In this document: piece after piece, positions 1 to 7,955 of the stretch | How positions within the stretch are numbered: the first letter of the stretch is position 1 | Layout of the letters: each line of letters begins with the position of its first letter | Origin: a virus | Lineage: Duplodnaviria > Caudoviricetes | Virus record (IMG/VR): IMGVR_UViG_3300021197_000536 | Location: 1-58,187 of that record | DNA length: 58,187 bases | Direction: 5' to 3' (one strand) | Translations under genes and position numbers: made by a program | The notes under the pieces: model-generated | Databases searched by the model: none | What the model was told of the DNA's origin: nothing | The model's input: the letters and a program-made list of their open reading frames with translations, nothing else

Positions 1-206
1 AGTATGTACTTAGAGTATCTAGACAAGAGATGCTTAGAAGGTGATGGAGATTAAGCCTAATCTGTCGCAAGGTCACTTGTGTTTCGTAAGTCCTCTTATG
101 TCGTAATCTTGCTTATGTTGTCGCACATCTCTTAGAGATTTGTCGTCGCAAGGCCACTTGTGTCGCACCCCTCTTTGAGGACACTCCCTTAATCTTAAGA
201 AAGGTC

Positions 207-235
207 TTGACTTACCTAAACCCTTGTGATATAAC
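207..235 (+). promoter_or_regulatory. sigma70-type promoter for the lysis/late arm
   Basis: TTGACT(207-212)-17 bp-TATAAC(230-235), with extended -10 TG. Confidence 0.7.
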
Positions 236-257
236 TGGGGAGGTGAAGAAGAACAAT

Positions 258-536
258 ATGAAACACCCTACAGATGATAACAGGGAGTACTTCCCTTCCG
301 ACGACGTCCTAGCTACCTTCTTTGAAGCTTTAGCTGATGACGATGTCAGAGCTCTCTACAATCTCCATATCCCTCGAAGTGATGTATTCTACATTAGAGA
401 GAAGTACTACAACGACACCGGTCATTGGGTATCTCTTGATAGGATGGAGATAGCGATGTTCAGGGAAGGGCTCCTATCAGCTGCTGACGTCAAGGACCCT
501 TACAGAATCAGAGATTGGGAAGACGACTATGAGTAA
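258..536 (+). CDS. hypothetical protein (possible small DNA-binding protein)
   Basis: The track start at 207 is the -35 box; ATG 258 follows GGAGGTG; overlaps the endolysin start. Confidence 0.6.
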   Translation: MKHPTDDNREYFPSDDVLATFFEALADDDVRALYNLHIPRSDVFYIREKYYNDTGHWVSLDRMEIAMFREGLLSAADVKDPYRIRDWEDDYE

Positions 537-918
537 GTACGTACTAGGCACCCGTAGTAGGTCACGCCTAGAAGGGGTACACCCTGATCTAGTTAAGGTC
601 GTAGAACGTGCTATTCAGTTGACTGAGGTAGACTTCACTGTCCTAGAGGGTATGCGTACCTTGGAGCGACAGAAGAAGCTAGTGGCTAAGGGTGCCTCTA
701 CAACACTGAACTCCCGACACCTCACAGGTCATGCTGTTGATATTGGTGCTTGGGTTGACGGAACGGTACGCTGGGATTGGCCACTGTACCATAAACTAGC
801 GGAAGCTATGAAACAGGCTGCTTTAGAGTTGAAAGTAGATGTGGATTGGGGTGGTGACTGGAAGTCATTTCCTGATGGTCCACACTACCAGCTATCGTGG
901 AAGTCCTACCCACGTTAA
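529..918 (+). CDS. endolysin, M15-family L-Ala-D-Glu peptidase
   Basis: SRHLTGHAVD, WGGDW and DGPHYQL zinc-peptidase motifs; GxRTxERQ. Confidence 0.92.
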   Translation: MSKYVLGTRSRSRLEGVHPDLVKVVERAIQLTEVDFTVLEGMRTLERQKKLVAKGASTTLNSRHLTGHAVDIGAWVDGTVRWDWPLYHKLAEAMKQAALELKVDVDWGGDWKSFPDGPHYQLSWKSYPR

Positions 919-951
919 ACCCTAAGGAAGGAAACCATGATGGAGAGATAA

Positions 952-1212
952 ATGGTAGACTTCGAATCAGTTAAAGAAGACATTGACCTGCTAAGGTCTG
1001 ATGTAATGAAGATATCGGATCGTCAAGCGATGTACGTACAAGAGCACCATAGGCTCGAGAAAGAGTTGGTGGAGTTGAAGACTAACTTGTCCTATCTCCG
1101 CAGAGGCCAAGACTCTATGAATGCTAACCTAACTCGTTTATTGTTTATTGTTGGTGGCAGCTTTATAGCAGGTATCGTAGGTTTTATAATTAAAGGTGGT
1201 CTAGTACAATGA
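952..1212 (+). CDS. coiled-coil protein with C-terminal TM helix (holin/antiholin-like, XhlA-like)
   Basis: Heptad N-terminus plus hydrophobic LLFIVGGSFIAGIVGFII; lies in the lysis cassette. Confidence 0.6.
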   Translation: MVDFESVKEDIDLLRSDVMKISDRQAMYVQEHHRLEKELVELKTNLSYLRRGQDSMNANLTRLLFIVGGSFIAGIVGFIIKGGLVQ

Positions 1213-1628
1213 TCCAAGCTCTACTCCCCCTACTAACCCCTATCATAGGGGATGTACTGAAGAGGGTTATACCCGACTCCGATAAGAGAAACGAGATCGA
1301 GCGTGAGACTAAGCTAGCTCTTCTAGAGCACGCAGACTCCATCGAGAAGGTTCGGGGTGAGATCATCCTAGCAGAGGCTAGCTCACAGAGCTGGTTGACA
1401 GCTACATGGCGTCCACTCTTGATGATGATCGTCATCGCTATCATAGCAATTAACTTTCTGATCTTTCCTGTTATCGCTATTGGTTACCCGGAGATCATGG
1501 ACAACGTACTGGAGCTACCTGACCAGCTCTGGAATCTACTTACTCTCGGTGTAGGCGGCTATGTCGTTGGTCGCAGTGGTGAGAAGATGATCGATAAGTG
1601 GTCATCAAACCCTAGTAAAGGAAAGTAA
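1209..1628 (+). CDS. 3-TM holin (gene-transfer-agent holin family)
   Basis: AEASSQSWLTATWRPLLM and LWNLLTLGVGGYVVGRSGEK motifs. Confidence 0.85.
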   Translation: MIQALLPLLTPIIGDVLKRVIPDSDKRNEIERETKLALLEHADSIEKVRGEIILAEASSQSWLTATWRPLLMMIVIAIIAINFLIFPVIAIGYPEIMDNVLELPDQLWNLLTLGVGGYVVGRSGEKMIDKWSSNPSKGK

Positions 1629-1632
1629 GAAG

Positions 1633-1770
1633 ATGGGTTGTTGGACTGATATGAAGAAACCATGTGGTAAGTGCTTTGGATGCTGGAACTTAGACCCTGC
1701 GTCTGTTACTACTAAGTTTAAACTCTATAATGGTACACTGCTGACATCTATCTGCCTTTTCGAGGAGTAA
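1633..1770 (+). CDS. small Cys-rich protein, 45 aa (not in ORF track)
   Basis: MGCWTDMKKPCGKCFGCWNLD...; fills the gap between holin and next gene. Confidence 0.5.
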   Translation: MGCWTDMKKPCGKCFGCWNLDPASVTTKFKLYNGTLLTSICLFEE

Positions 1771-1774
1771 GAGA

Positions 1775-2083
1775 TTGCCATCAAGTAAGAATTATCGAAG
1801 GGACTATAAGCAAGAGCGTGAGCTCCAGTTGAAGTCTCCTAAGTCTGACAAAGCTGCCAATGCTTCACGCAAGGCGGCTCGTCGTGCATTAGAGAAGAAG
1901 GGTGTAGTCAAGAAGGGAGATGGTAAAGATGTTGATCATAAGAACCGTAACCCTAAGGACAACTCAGCTAAAAACCTGAAAGCTAAACCTAAGTCAGTTA
2001 ATCGTAGCTTCTCCCGTAAGGTGGGCGCTAAGAAGTATGGCAAGATAGGGGCTTCTAACCCAGGTGCACAAAGGAGAAAGTAA
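1775..2083 (+). CDS. small basic HNH-like protein
   Basis: GKDVDHK...N...NL...NRS HNH-like motif; GAGGAG RBS with TTG start. Confidence 0.7.
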   Translation: MPSSKNYRRDYKQERELQLKSPKSDKAANASRKAARRALEKKGVVKKGDGKDVDHKNRNPKDNSAKNLKAKPKSVNRSFSRKVGAKKYGKIGASNPGAQRRK

Positions 2084-2084
2084 T

Positions 2085-2384
2085 ATGGACTTTAAGAAGT
2101 ATGAAAAAGAGCTGAACGAAGCAGGCTATATCGTCTCTAGAGACATGGTAGCTAACTTTCGTGGTGATGTCGTAGGTCAGATGGACCCATACGGTGAGTT
2201 CCACTACAGCGACAAAGAGATGGCTTTGGTCATCTGTGCAGCTATGCGAGCTGAAGAAGAGAAGCCAGCTAAGAAGCCTGTTAAGAAAGTAGCTCCTAAG
2301 AAGAAGCGCGCTCGGGACGAAGATGGTCACTTCAAGGCTGACGACCCTTCTACACCTGACGTCAACGAGGCTTGGGAAGACTAA
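2085..2384 (+). CDS. hypothetical protein
   Basis: ATG 2085 after AAGGAG; C-terminal RARDEDGHFKADDPSTPDVNEAW. Confidence 0.7.
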   Translation: MDFKKYEKELNEAGYIVSRDMVANFRGDVVGQMDPYGEFHYSDKEMALVICAAMRAEEEKPAKKPVKKVAPKKKRARDEDGHFKADDPSTPDVNEAWED

Positions 2385-2746
2385 TGCCTAGTAGTCGTGA
2401 CTACACAACATTCTTTGAGAGCTCGTCTATAACCTCCACAACTACGGGTGCGGCGGCTGATGTCGTATACACTGCCCCAGCTAACCACGACGCTGAGCTC
2501 ACAATGCTGGTGTGCACCAATGGTGCAGCTACAAACAAAATCAACGTCCAGGTCTACCATGCAGACGACGGCGTCTACCACTACCTCTTACGTGATCACA
2601 GTGTAGCAGGTAACGACACCCACCACGCAGTCACCAGTAACCGTCTCTTTCTACACGCTGGTGATAAGATCGTAGCGTATAAGACTGGGGGTACTTTCGA
2701 CGTGTCTATCTCAGGTAAACAGATCTACAACCCAACGAGGGCCTAA
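2384..2746 (+). CDS. small beta-rich putative virion protein
   Basis: TAATG coupling; VYTAPA... jelly-roll-like pattern. Confidence 0.6.
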   Translation: MPSSRDYTTFFESSSITSTTTGAAADVVYTAPANHDAELTMLVCTNGAATNKINVQVYHADDGVYHYLLRDHSVAGNDTHHAVTSNRLFLHAGDKIVAYKTGGTFDVSISGKQIYNPTRA

Positions 2747-2748
2747 GC

Positions 2749-3114
2749 ATGACTAAAAGAGCATTAACTGAAAAGCAAGAGTTGTTCCTAGCTGTACTCT
2801 TTGAAGAAGCAGAGGGCGATCCCTTGAAGGCTAAGAAGCTGGCGGGTTACTCCGATAACGTCCCTACTTCTTCTGTCACTGCCTCTCTCACAGACGAGAT
2901 TGCTGAGCTTACCCGTAAGTTCATTGCACAGAGCTCCACTAAGGCAGCGTACGCTATGTTCAAGGTCTTAGGTGATCAGGACATGCTAGGTGCTAAGGAG
3001 CGTATGGCAGCGGCGAAGGACATCATGGACCGTGCTGGTTTCGTTAAGACTGAGAAGGTCGAGGTCTCCACAGTGGAGCCTGTCTTTATTCTACCATCTA
3101 AGAAAGAAGATTAA
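2749..3114 (+). CDS. putative terminase small subunit
   Basis: LTEKQELFL...AKKLAGYS N-terminal pattern typical of TerS; upstream of terL. Confidence 0.6.
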   Translation: MTKRALTEKQELFLAVLFEEAEGDPLKAKKLAGYSDNVPTSSVTASLTDEIAELTRKFIAQSSTKAAYAMFKVLGDQDMLGAKERMAAAKDIMDRAGFVKTEKVEVSTVEPVFILPSKKED

Positions 3115-3405
3115 ATGGCCGCTAAGAAAGACCCACGCCTAGAGAGAGCCGGTGTATCAGGCTTCAACAAGCCTAAACGTACACCTAATCACCCTAAGAA
3201 GTCCCACGTCGTTGTTGCCAAAGAAGGTGATAAGATCAAGACTATCCGTTTCGGAGAGCAGGGTGCTAAGACAGCAGGTAAGCCTAAAGCAGGTGAGTCT
3301 GACAAGATGAAGAAGAAACGTGCTAGCTTCAAGGCTCGTCACGGGAAGAACATCTCCAAAGGTAAGATGTCTGCCGCCTACTGGGCTGATAAGGCTAAGT
3401 GGTGA
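3115..3405 (+). CDS. small Lys/Arg-rich phage protein
   Basis: IRFGEQGA, SFKARH and SAAYWA motifs; very basic. Confidence 0.75.
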   Translation: MAAKKDPRLERAGVSGFNKPKRTPNHPKKSHVVVAKEGDKIKTIRFGEQGAKTAGKPKAGESDKMKKKRASFKARHGKNISKGKMSAAYWADKAKW

Positions 3406-3410
3406 TCTAG

Positions 3411-3596
3411 ATGCCAGCAGCCAAGAAGAAAAGTACAGTAAACGCAGCAGGAAACTACACAAAGCCTACCATGCGTAAGAACCTCTTCAACTCTATTAAG
3501 GCGGGGACGAAAGGTGGTAAAGCCGGTCAGTGGTCTGCACGTAAAGCCCAGATGCTAGCTAAACAGTATAAGGCTAAGGGAGGTGGTTACAAATGA
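3411..3596 (+). CDS. small Lys-rich phage protein
   Basis: GQWSARKAQMLAKQYKAKGGGYK; ATGA coupling to next gene. Confidence 0.75.
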   Translation: MPAAKKKSTVNAAGNYTKPTMRKNLFNSIKAGTKGGKAGQWSARKAQMLAKQYKAKGGGYK

Positions 3597-3901
3597 AAGC
3601 TTCCCAGAAGTCTCTTAAGAAGTGGACGAAGGAGGAGTGGGGTACCAAGTCTGGTAAGAACTCTACCCAAGGTAAGAAAGCAACTGGCGAGAGATACTTG
3701 CCCAAATCAGCGAGAGAAGCATTGACAGATAAAGAGTATGCAGCAACAACAGCAGCTAAACGTAAAGGCAAAGCAGCTGGTAAACAACACGTAAAGCAAC
3801 CAGCAAAGATCGCTAAGAAAACAGCTCCTTACCGTATGAACAAAGGTGGCTACGTACCTTGTGGTGCTTCTAACCCAGGTACTCAGAAACGAAAAGGCTA
3901 G
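3593..3901 (+). CDS. small Lys-rich phage protein
   Basis: QKSLKKWTKEEW, GERYLP; C-terminal MNKGG...GASNPG. Confidence 0.75.
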   Translation: MKASQKSLKKWTKEEWGTKSGKNSTQGKKATGERYLPKSAREALTDKEYAATTAAKRKGKAAGKQHVKQPAKIAKKTAPYRMNKGGYVPCGASNPGTQKRKG

Positions 3902-3909
3902 ATAATAGC

Positions 3910-3938
3910 TTGACAACTAAGCGTGTGTGTGATATAAG
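3910..3938 (+). promoter_or_regulatory. sigma70-type promoter for packaging genes
   Basis: TTGACA(3910-3915)-17 bp-TATAAG(3933-3938), extended -10 TG. Confidence 0.7.
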
Positions 3939-4379
3939 ATGCCTAGGAAAGATGCTCCATCATTTAATGCTATACCTGTGGACCAGGCTTGGAAGATTCC
4001 AAAGAGAGGTCTAGACGGGGAGTGGTACCCAGTGGTACGTGTCGGAAGGCATATACCCTTTGGTTACGAGCAAGACGAGAATGACAAGGACATCCTTCAA
4101 CCTATCCCTGAGCAACTAGAAATGCTAGAACAAGCTAAGAGGTACTTAGTAGAGTACAGCTTAAGACTCGTAGCTCGTTGGCTTACAGAGCAGTCAGGTA
4201 GATACATCTCACATGTAGGACTAAACAAACGTGTCAGCATCGAACAAAAGAGGCGTAAAACGTCCAGCACCTATCGAGACTATGAACGGCGCTACAAAGA
4301 AGCCTCGGAAAAAGCCCGTAAGCTCGAAGAAGACCGAATCGGTGGAAGTGGTACAAGAAAGCTCGACTCCGACACCTGA
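3939..4379 (+). CDS. putative DNA-binding protein resembling the recombinase domain of large serine recombinases, no catalytic domain
   Basis: GRHIPFGY...YSLRLVARWL pattern; no N-terminal catalytic Ser motif. Confidence 0.55.
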   Translation: MPRKDAPSFNAIPVDQAWKIPKRGLDGEWYPVVRVGRHIPFGYEQDENDKDILQPIPEQLEMLEQAKRYLVEYSLRLVARWLTEQSGRYISHVGLNKRVSIEQKRRKTSSTYRDYERRYKEASEKARKLEEDRIGGSGTRKLDSDT

Positions 4380-5826
4380 GCTAGTTACTACACCAGCTCG
4401 TGCTAAGCCTGAGCCTATCGATGTAGAGAAGGCGCAAGAGATCATCTTCGCACCTAACCCTGGTCCTCAAACCGACTTCCTTGCAGCAAGCGAGCAAGAG
4501 GTTCTTTATGGTGGTGCTGCGGGTGGTGGTAAGTCCTACGCGATGGTAGCTGACCCAGTGCGTTACTTTAACAACCCCCAGTCCCGTGGACTCTTGGTCC
4601 GTCGTAGCACTGAGGAACTTCGTGAACTGATCTCGGTATCTAAACAGCTTTACCCTAGAGCTATCCCAGGTATCAAGTTCATGGAAAGAGATAAGACATG
4701 GGTCGCCCCTAGCGGTGCTACTCTCTGGATGTCCTACCTTGATCGTGACGATGACGTTATGCGTTACCAGGGTCAGGCTTTTAACTGGATTGGTTTAGAC
4801 GAACTTACACAGTGGCCTAGTCCTTTTGCTTGGAACTACATGCGTTCTCGTCTACGGGCTACTAGTGCATCTAAACTACCTCTCTATATGAGAGCTACTA
4901 CCAACCCCGGTGGCCCTGGTCATTTCTGGGTTAAGAAGACCTTCATTGATCCAGCCCCTGCTAACACTTCCTTCCACGCCACTGATGAGCACGGTGAGGT
5001 CATTGCTTGGCCTAAAGGACATTCTCGTGAAGGTGAGCCACTCTTTAAGAGACGGTTTATCCCTGCTAACCTATTTAACAACCCATACCTCGCTGAAGAT
5101 GGTATGTACGAAGCCAACCTACTCTCGATGCCTGAGCATCAGCGTAGACAACTACTAGAGGGTGACTGGAGTATCTCAGAGGGTGCAGCCTTCTCAGAGT
5201 TCAACCCTAAGACACATGTAGTCGAGCCTTACGATATCCCACACAGCTGGTCTAAGTTCAGAGCGTGTGACTACGGATACGGATCGATGACCGCAGTACT
5301 CTGGTTTGCTGTAACACCATCAGAGCAGATCGTTATATACCGCGAGTTATACGTCAACAAGACTACTGCCTCTGACTTAGCTGATATGATCAATGATATT
5401 GAAGCTGGTGAGAGGATTAGATACGGGGTGCTCGATAGCTCTCTGTGGCATAACAGAGGGGACACAGGGCCTTCCTTGGCTGAGCAGATGATCTTGAAGG
5501 GATGCCGTTGGCGTCCATCTGACCGTTCCAAGGGTTCACGTATCGCAGGTAAGAACGAGGTACACCGACGCCTACAGGTAGATGAGTTCACAGAGGAGCC
5601 TAGGTTGGTTTTCTTTAACACCTGCCGTAATATTATCACCGAGATACCAGCTCTGCCTCTTGATAAGAACAATCTAGAAGACGTAGACACTAAGAGCCCT
5701 ATCGACCACGGCTACGATGCTCTACGATACGGATTGATGACAAGACCCCGCAGTTCACTATGGGATTATGACCCCAACGCACAACGATCTGGCTTCCAAG
5801 CCTCTGATCCTCTTTTTGGTTACTAA
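4231..5826 (+). CDS. terL: terminase large subunit (true start probably later, e.g. GTG 4342)
   Basis: Walker A YGGAAGGGKS, Walker B IGLDELTQ, ATTNPGG, nuclease DYGY and DHGYDALRY. Confidence 0.95.
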   Translation: MSASNKRGVKRPAPIETMNGATKKPRKKPVSSKKTESVEVVQESSTPTPELVTTPARAKPEPIDVEKAQEIIFAPNPGPQTDFLAASEQEVLYGGAAGGGKSYAMVADPVRYFNNPQSRGLLVRRSTEELRELISVSKQLYPRAIPGIKFMERDKTWVAPSGATLWMSYLDRDDDVMRYQGQAFNWIGLDELTQWPSPFAWNYMRSRLRATSASKLPLYMRATTNPGGPGHFWVKKTFIDPAPANTSFHATDEHGEVIAWPKGHSREGEPLFKRRFIPANLFNNPYLAEDGMYEANLLSMPEHQRRQLLEGDWSISEGAAFSEFNPKTHVVEPYDIPHSWSKFRACDYGYGSMTAVLWFAVTPSEQIVIYRELYVNKTTASDLADMINDIEAGERIRYGVLDSSLWHNRGDTGPSLAEQMILKGCRWRPSDRSKGSRIAGKNEVHRRLQVDEFTEEPRLVFFNTCRNIITEIPALPLDKNNLEDVDTKSPIDHGYDALRYGLMTRPRSSLWDYDPNAQRSGFQASDPLFGY

Positions 5827-5835
5827 GGAATACAC

Positions 5836-7932
5836 ATGAGCATGTTCGAAGACGATGACTTTGAGATGGAAAACAACATGGAGCAGGCTGAGTCCTCTCA
5901 CGTTGGTGATATAGAAGAGGGTGAGACCGCTGATGAACCTGTGGGTCAGGTTGTATCCTTTGTACGAGAGCGGTTTAACAAGGCTGAAACAGCCCGTTAC
6001 CAGGACGAAGAGCGTTGGGTACGTGCTTACCGCAACTATCGAGGTATATACGGCCCTGATGTAGCGTTTACTAGCACTGAGAAGTCTCGCATCTTCGTTA
6101 AAGTCACTAAAACTAAGGTTCTTGCAGCCTATGGGCAGCTTGTAGAGGTGCTTTTCGGCAATAACAAGTTCCCAATCACCATCGATCCGACTACATTGCC
6201 GGAAGGCATTGCAGAAGCAGTGCATTTTGAGTCAAATCCAGAGATGCAGAAGGCTAAAGAGCCTGAGTTGTCACCGGAAGACACTAAACTACGCCCAGGG
6301 GAGACCTTTACAGACCTCCAAGAGCGTCTAGGAGCTCTAAAGTCCAAGCTTGAGCCTGTTATGGGCCAGTTGAAGGAGGGCGAGGGGCGTACAGCTACTG
6401 AGGTCACTCTCCACCCAGCTGCTATCGCTGCTAAGAAGATGGAAAAGAAGATCCATGACCAGTTAGAAGAGTCTGGTGCCTCTAAGAAGCTCCGTACAGC
6501 TGCATTTGAGTGTGCTCTGTTCGGTACCGGTGTTATGAAGGGTCCATTTGCTGTAGATAAAGAGTATCCACACTGGGATGACGAGGGTAACTATAAACCA
6601 CGTACTAAAACCATGCCTCAGTGCGATTCTGTGTCTATCTGGAACTTCTACCCTGACCCAGACGCTAATAGCATGGACGAAGCTGAGTATGCTATCGAAC
6701 GCCACAAGATGTCTCGGTCACAGATGCGAGCTCTTAAGCGTCGTCCCTTCTTCCGTAGCAATGCTATTGACCTAGCCCTTGCGTATGGTGAATCCTACAC
6801 TAAGGAGTGGTGGGAGCAGGCGATGGAAGACGATAGCGCCGAGACTAAGTCAGAGCGCTTCGAGGTTCTTGAGTTCTGGGGTTACGTTGATCGTGAGATA
6901 CTTGAAGACCACGGAGTAGACATCCCTCGTGAGCTTCGTAAGGCTGATCAGTTGAATGTTAACGTCTGGGTTTGTAATGGTGAGGTTCTCCGTCTCGTCA
7001 TGAACCCATTTAACCCACAGATCATTCCTTACTACGCAGTTCCATACGAAGTTAACCCTTACTCCTTCTTTGGTGTAGGTCTTGCTGAGAATATGGACGA
7101 CACACAGACCCTGATGAACGGCTTTATGCGTATGGCAGTCGACAATGCCGCCCTGTCAGGGAACCTCCTTATTGAGGTAGACGAGAATAACCTGACACCA
7201 GGTCAGAACTTGGATATCTATCCTGGTAAAGTCTTCCGTCGTAACGGCGGTGCCCCTGGTCAAGCTATCTTTGGTACGTCATTCCCTAACGTGTCTAACG
7301 AGAACATGCAGATGTTCGATAAGGCTCGTGTACTAGCTGACGAATCCACAGGTCTTCCTAGCTTTGCGCATGGTCAGACAGGTGTCTCCGGTGTTGGTCG
7401 AACAGCCTCCGGTATCTCTATGCTTATGTCGGCTGCTAACGGTTCTATCCGTACAGTCATCAAGAACGTAGACGACTACCTCTTAGGCCCCCTCGGCAAA
7501 GCCTACTTCTCCTTTAACATGCAGTTTGACCATGATCCTGAGATCAAAGGTGACCTTGAGGTTAAAGCACAGGGTACTTCATCCTTGATGGCTAACGAGG
7601 TTCGCTCCCAGCGTCTCATGCAGTTCCTACAAGTCGTACAGAACCCAGCATTGGCTCCTTTCGCTAAGATGGACTACGTCATCCGTGAGATCGCTGAGTC
7701 TATGGACCTCGACCCAGATAAGGTTGCTAACTCTCTTAGTGACGCAGCTGTACAGGCTGAGATCCTTAAGAAGTTCCAAGAGCAGAACCCTCCAGAACAG
7801 CCTCCGATGGCCTCTGGTGGCGCTCCTGCAGCCCCTACGGGCGGTGCCGGTGCCGGTGCTATGGGTACTGGTGCAGCTCCTGTCCCAGGGGAGCAGGGTT
7901 TCTCAGGTAACAATGGTCAACAACAAGTATAA
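5836..7932 (+). CDS. portal protein
   Basis: Follows terL; ~700 aa; FGTGVMK, IWNFYPDP, GVGLAENM, RTASGISML motifs. Confidence 0.9.
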   Translation: MSMFEDDDFEMENNMEQAESSHVGDIEEGETADEPVGQVVSFVRERFNKAETARYQDEERWVRAYRNYRGIYGPDVAFTSTEKSRIFVKVTKTKVLAAYGQLVEVLFGNNKFPITIDPTTLPEGIAEAVHFESNPEMQKAKEPELSPEDTKLRPGETFTDLQERLGALKSKLEPVMGQLKEGEGRTATEVTLHPAAIAAKKMEKKIHDQLEESGASKKLRTAAFECALFGTGVMKGPFAVDKEYPHWDDEGNYKPRTKTMPQCDSVSIWNFYPDPDANSMDEAEYAIERHKMSRSQMRALKRRPFFRSNAIDLALAYGESYTKEWWEQAMEDDSAETKSERFEVLEFWGYVDREILEDHGVDIPRELRKADQLNVNVWVCNGEVLRLVMNPFNPQIIPYYAVPYEVNPYSFFGVGLAENMDDTQTLMNGFMRMAVDNAALSGNLLIEVDENNLTPGQNLDIYPGKVFRRNGGAPGQAIFGTSFPNVSNENMQMFDKARVLADESTGLPSFAHGQTGVSGVGRTASGISMLMSAANGSIRTVIKNVDDYLLGPLGKAYFSFNMQFDHDPEIKGDLEVKAQGTSSLMANEVRSQRLMQFLQVVQNPALAPFAKMDYVIREIAESMDLDPDKVANSLSDAAVQAEILKKFQEQNPPEQPPMASGGAPAAPTGGAGAGAMGTGAAPVPGEQGFSGNNGQQQV

Positions 7933-7955
7933 TTACAACTAAGAGAGTAAGCAAT

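Noticed and set aside
3939-4379. Integrase / temperate lifestyle
   Set aside because: No catalytic serine domain, repressor or att site visible
4231-4379. Programmed -1 frameshift fusing the upstream ORF to terL
   Set aside because: terL is in the +1 frame and no canonical slippery heptamer is seen; a GTG start near 4342 suffices
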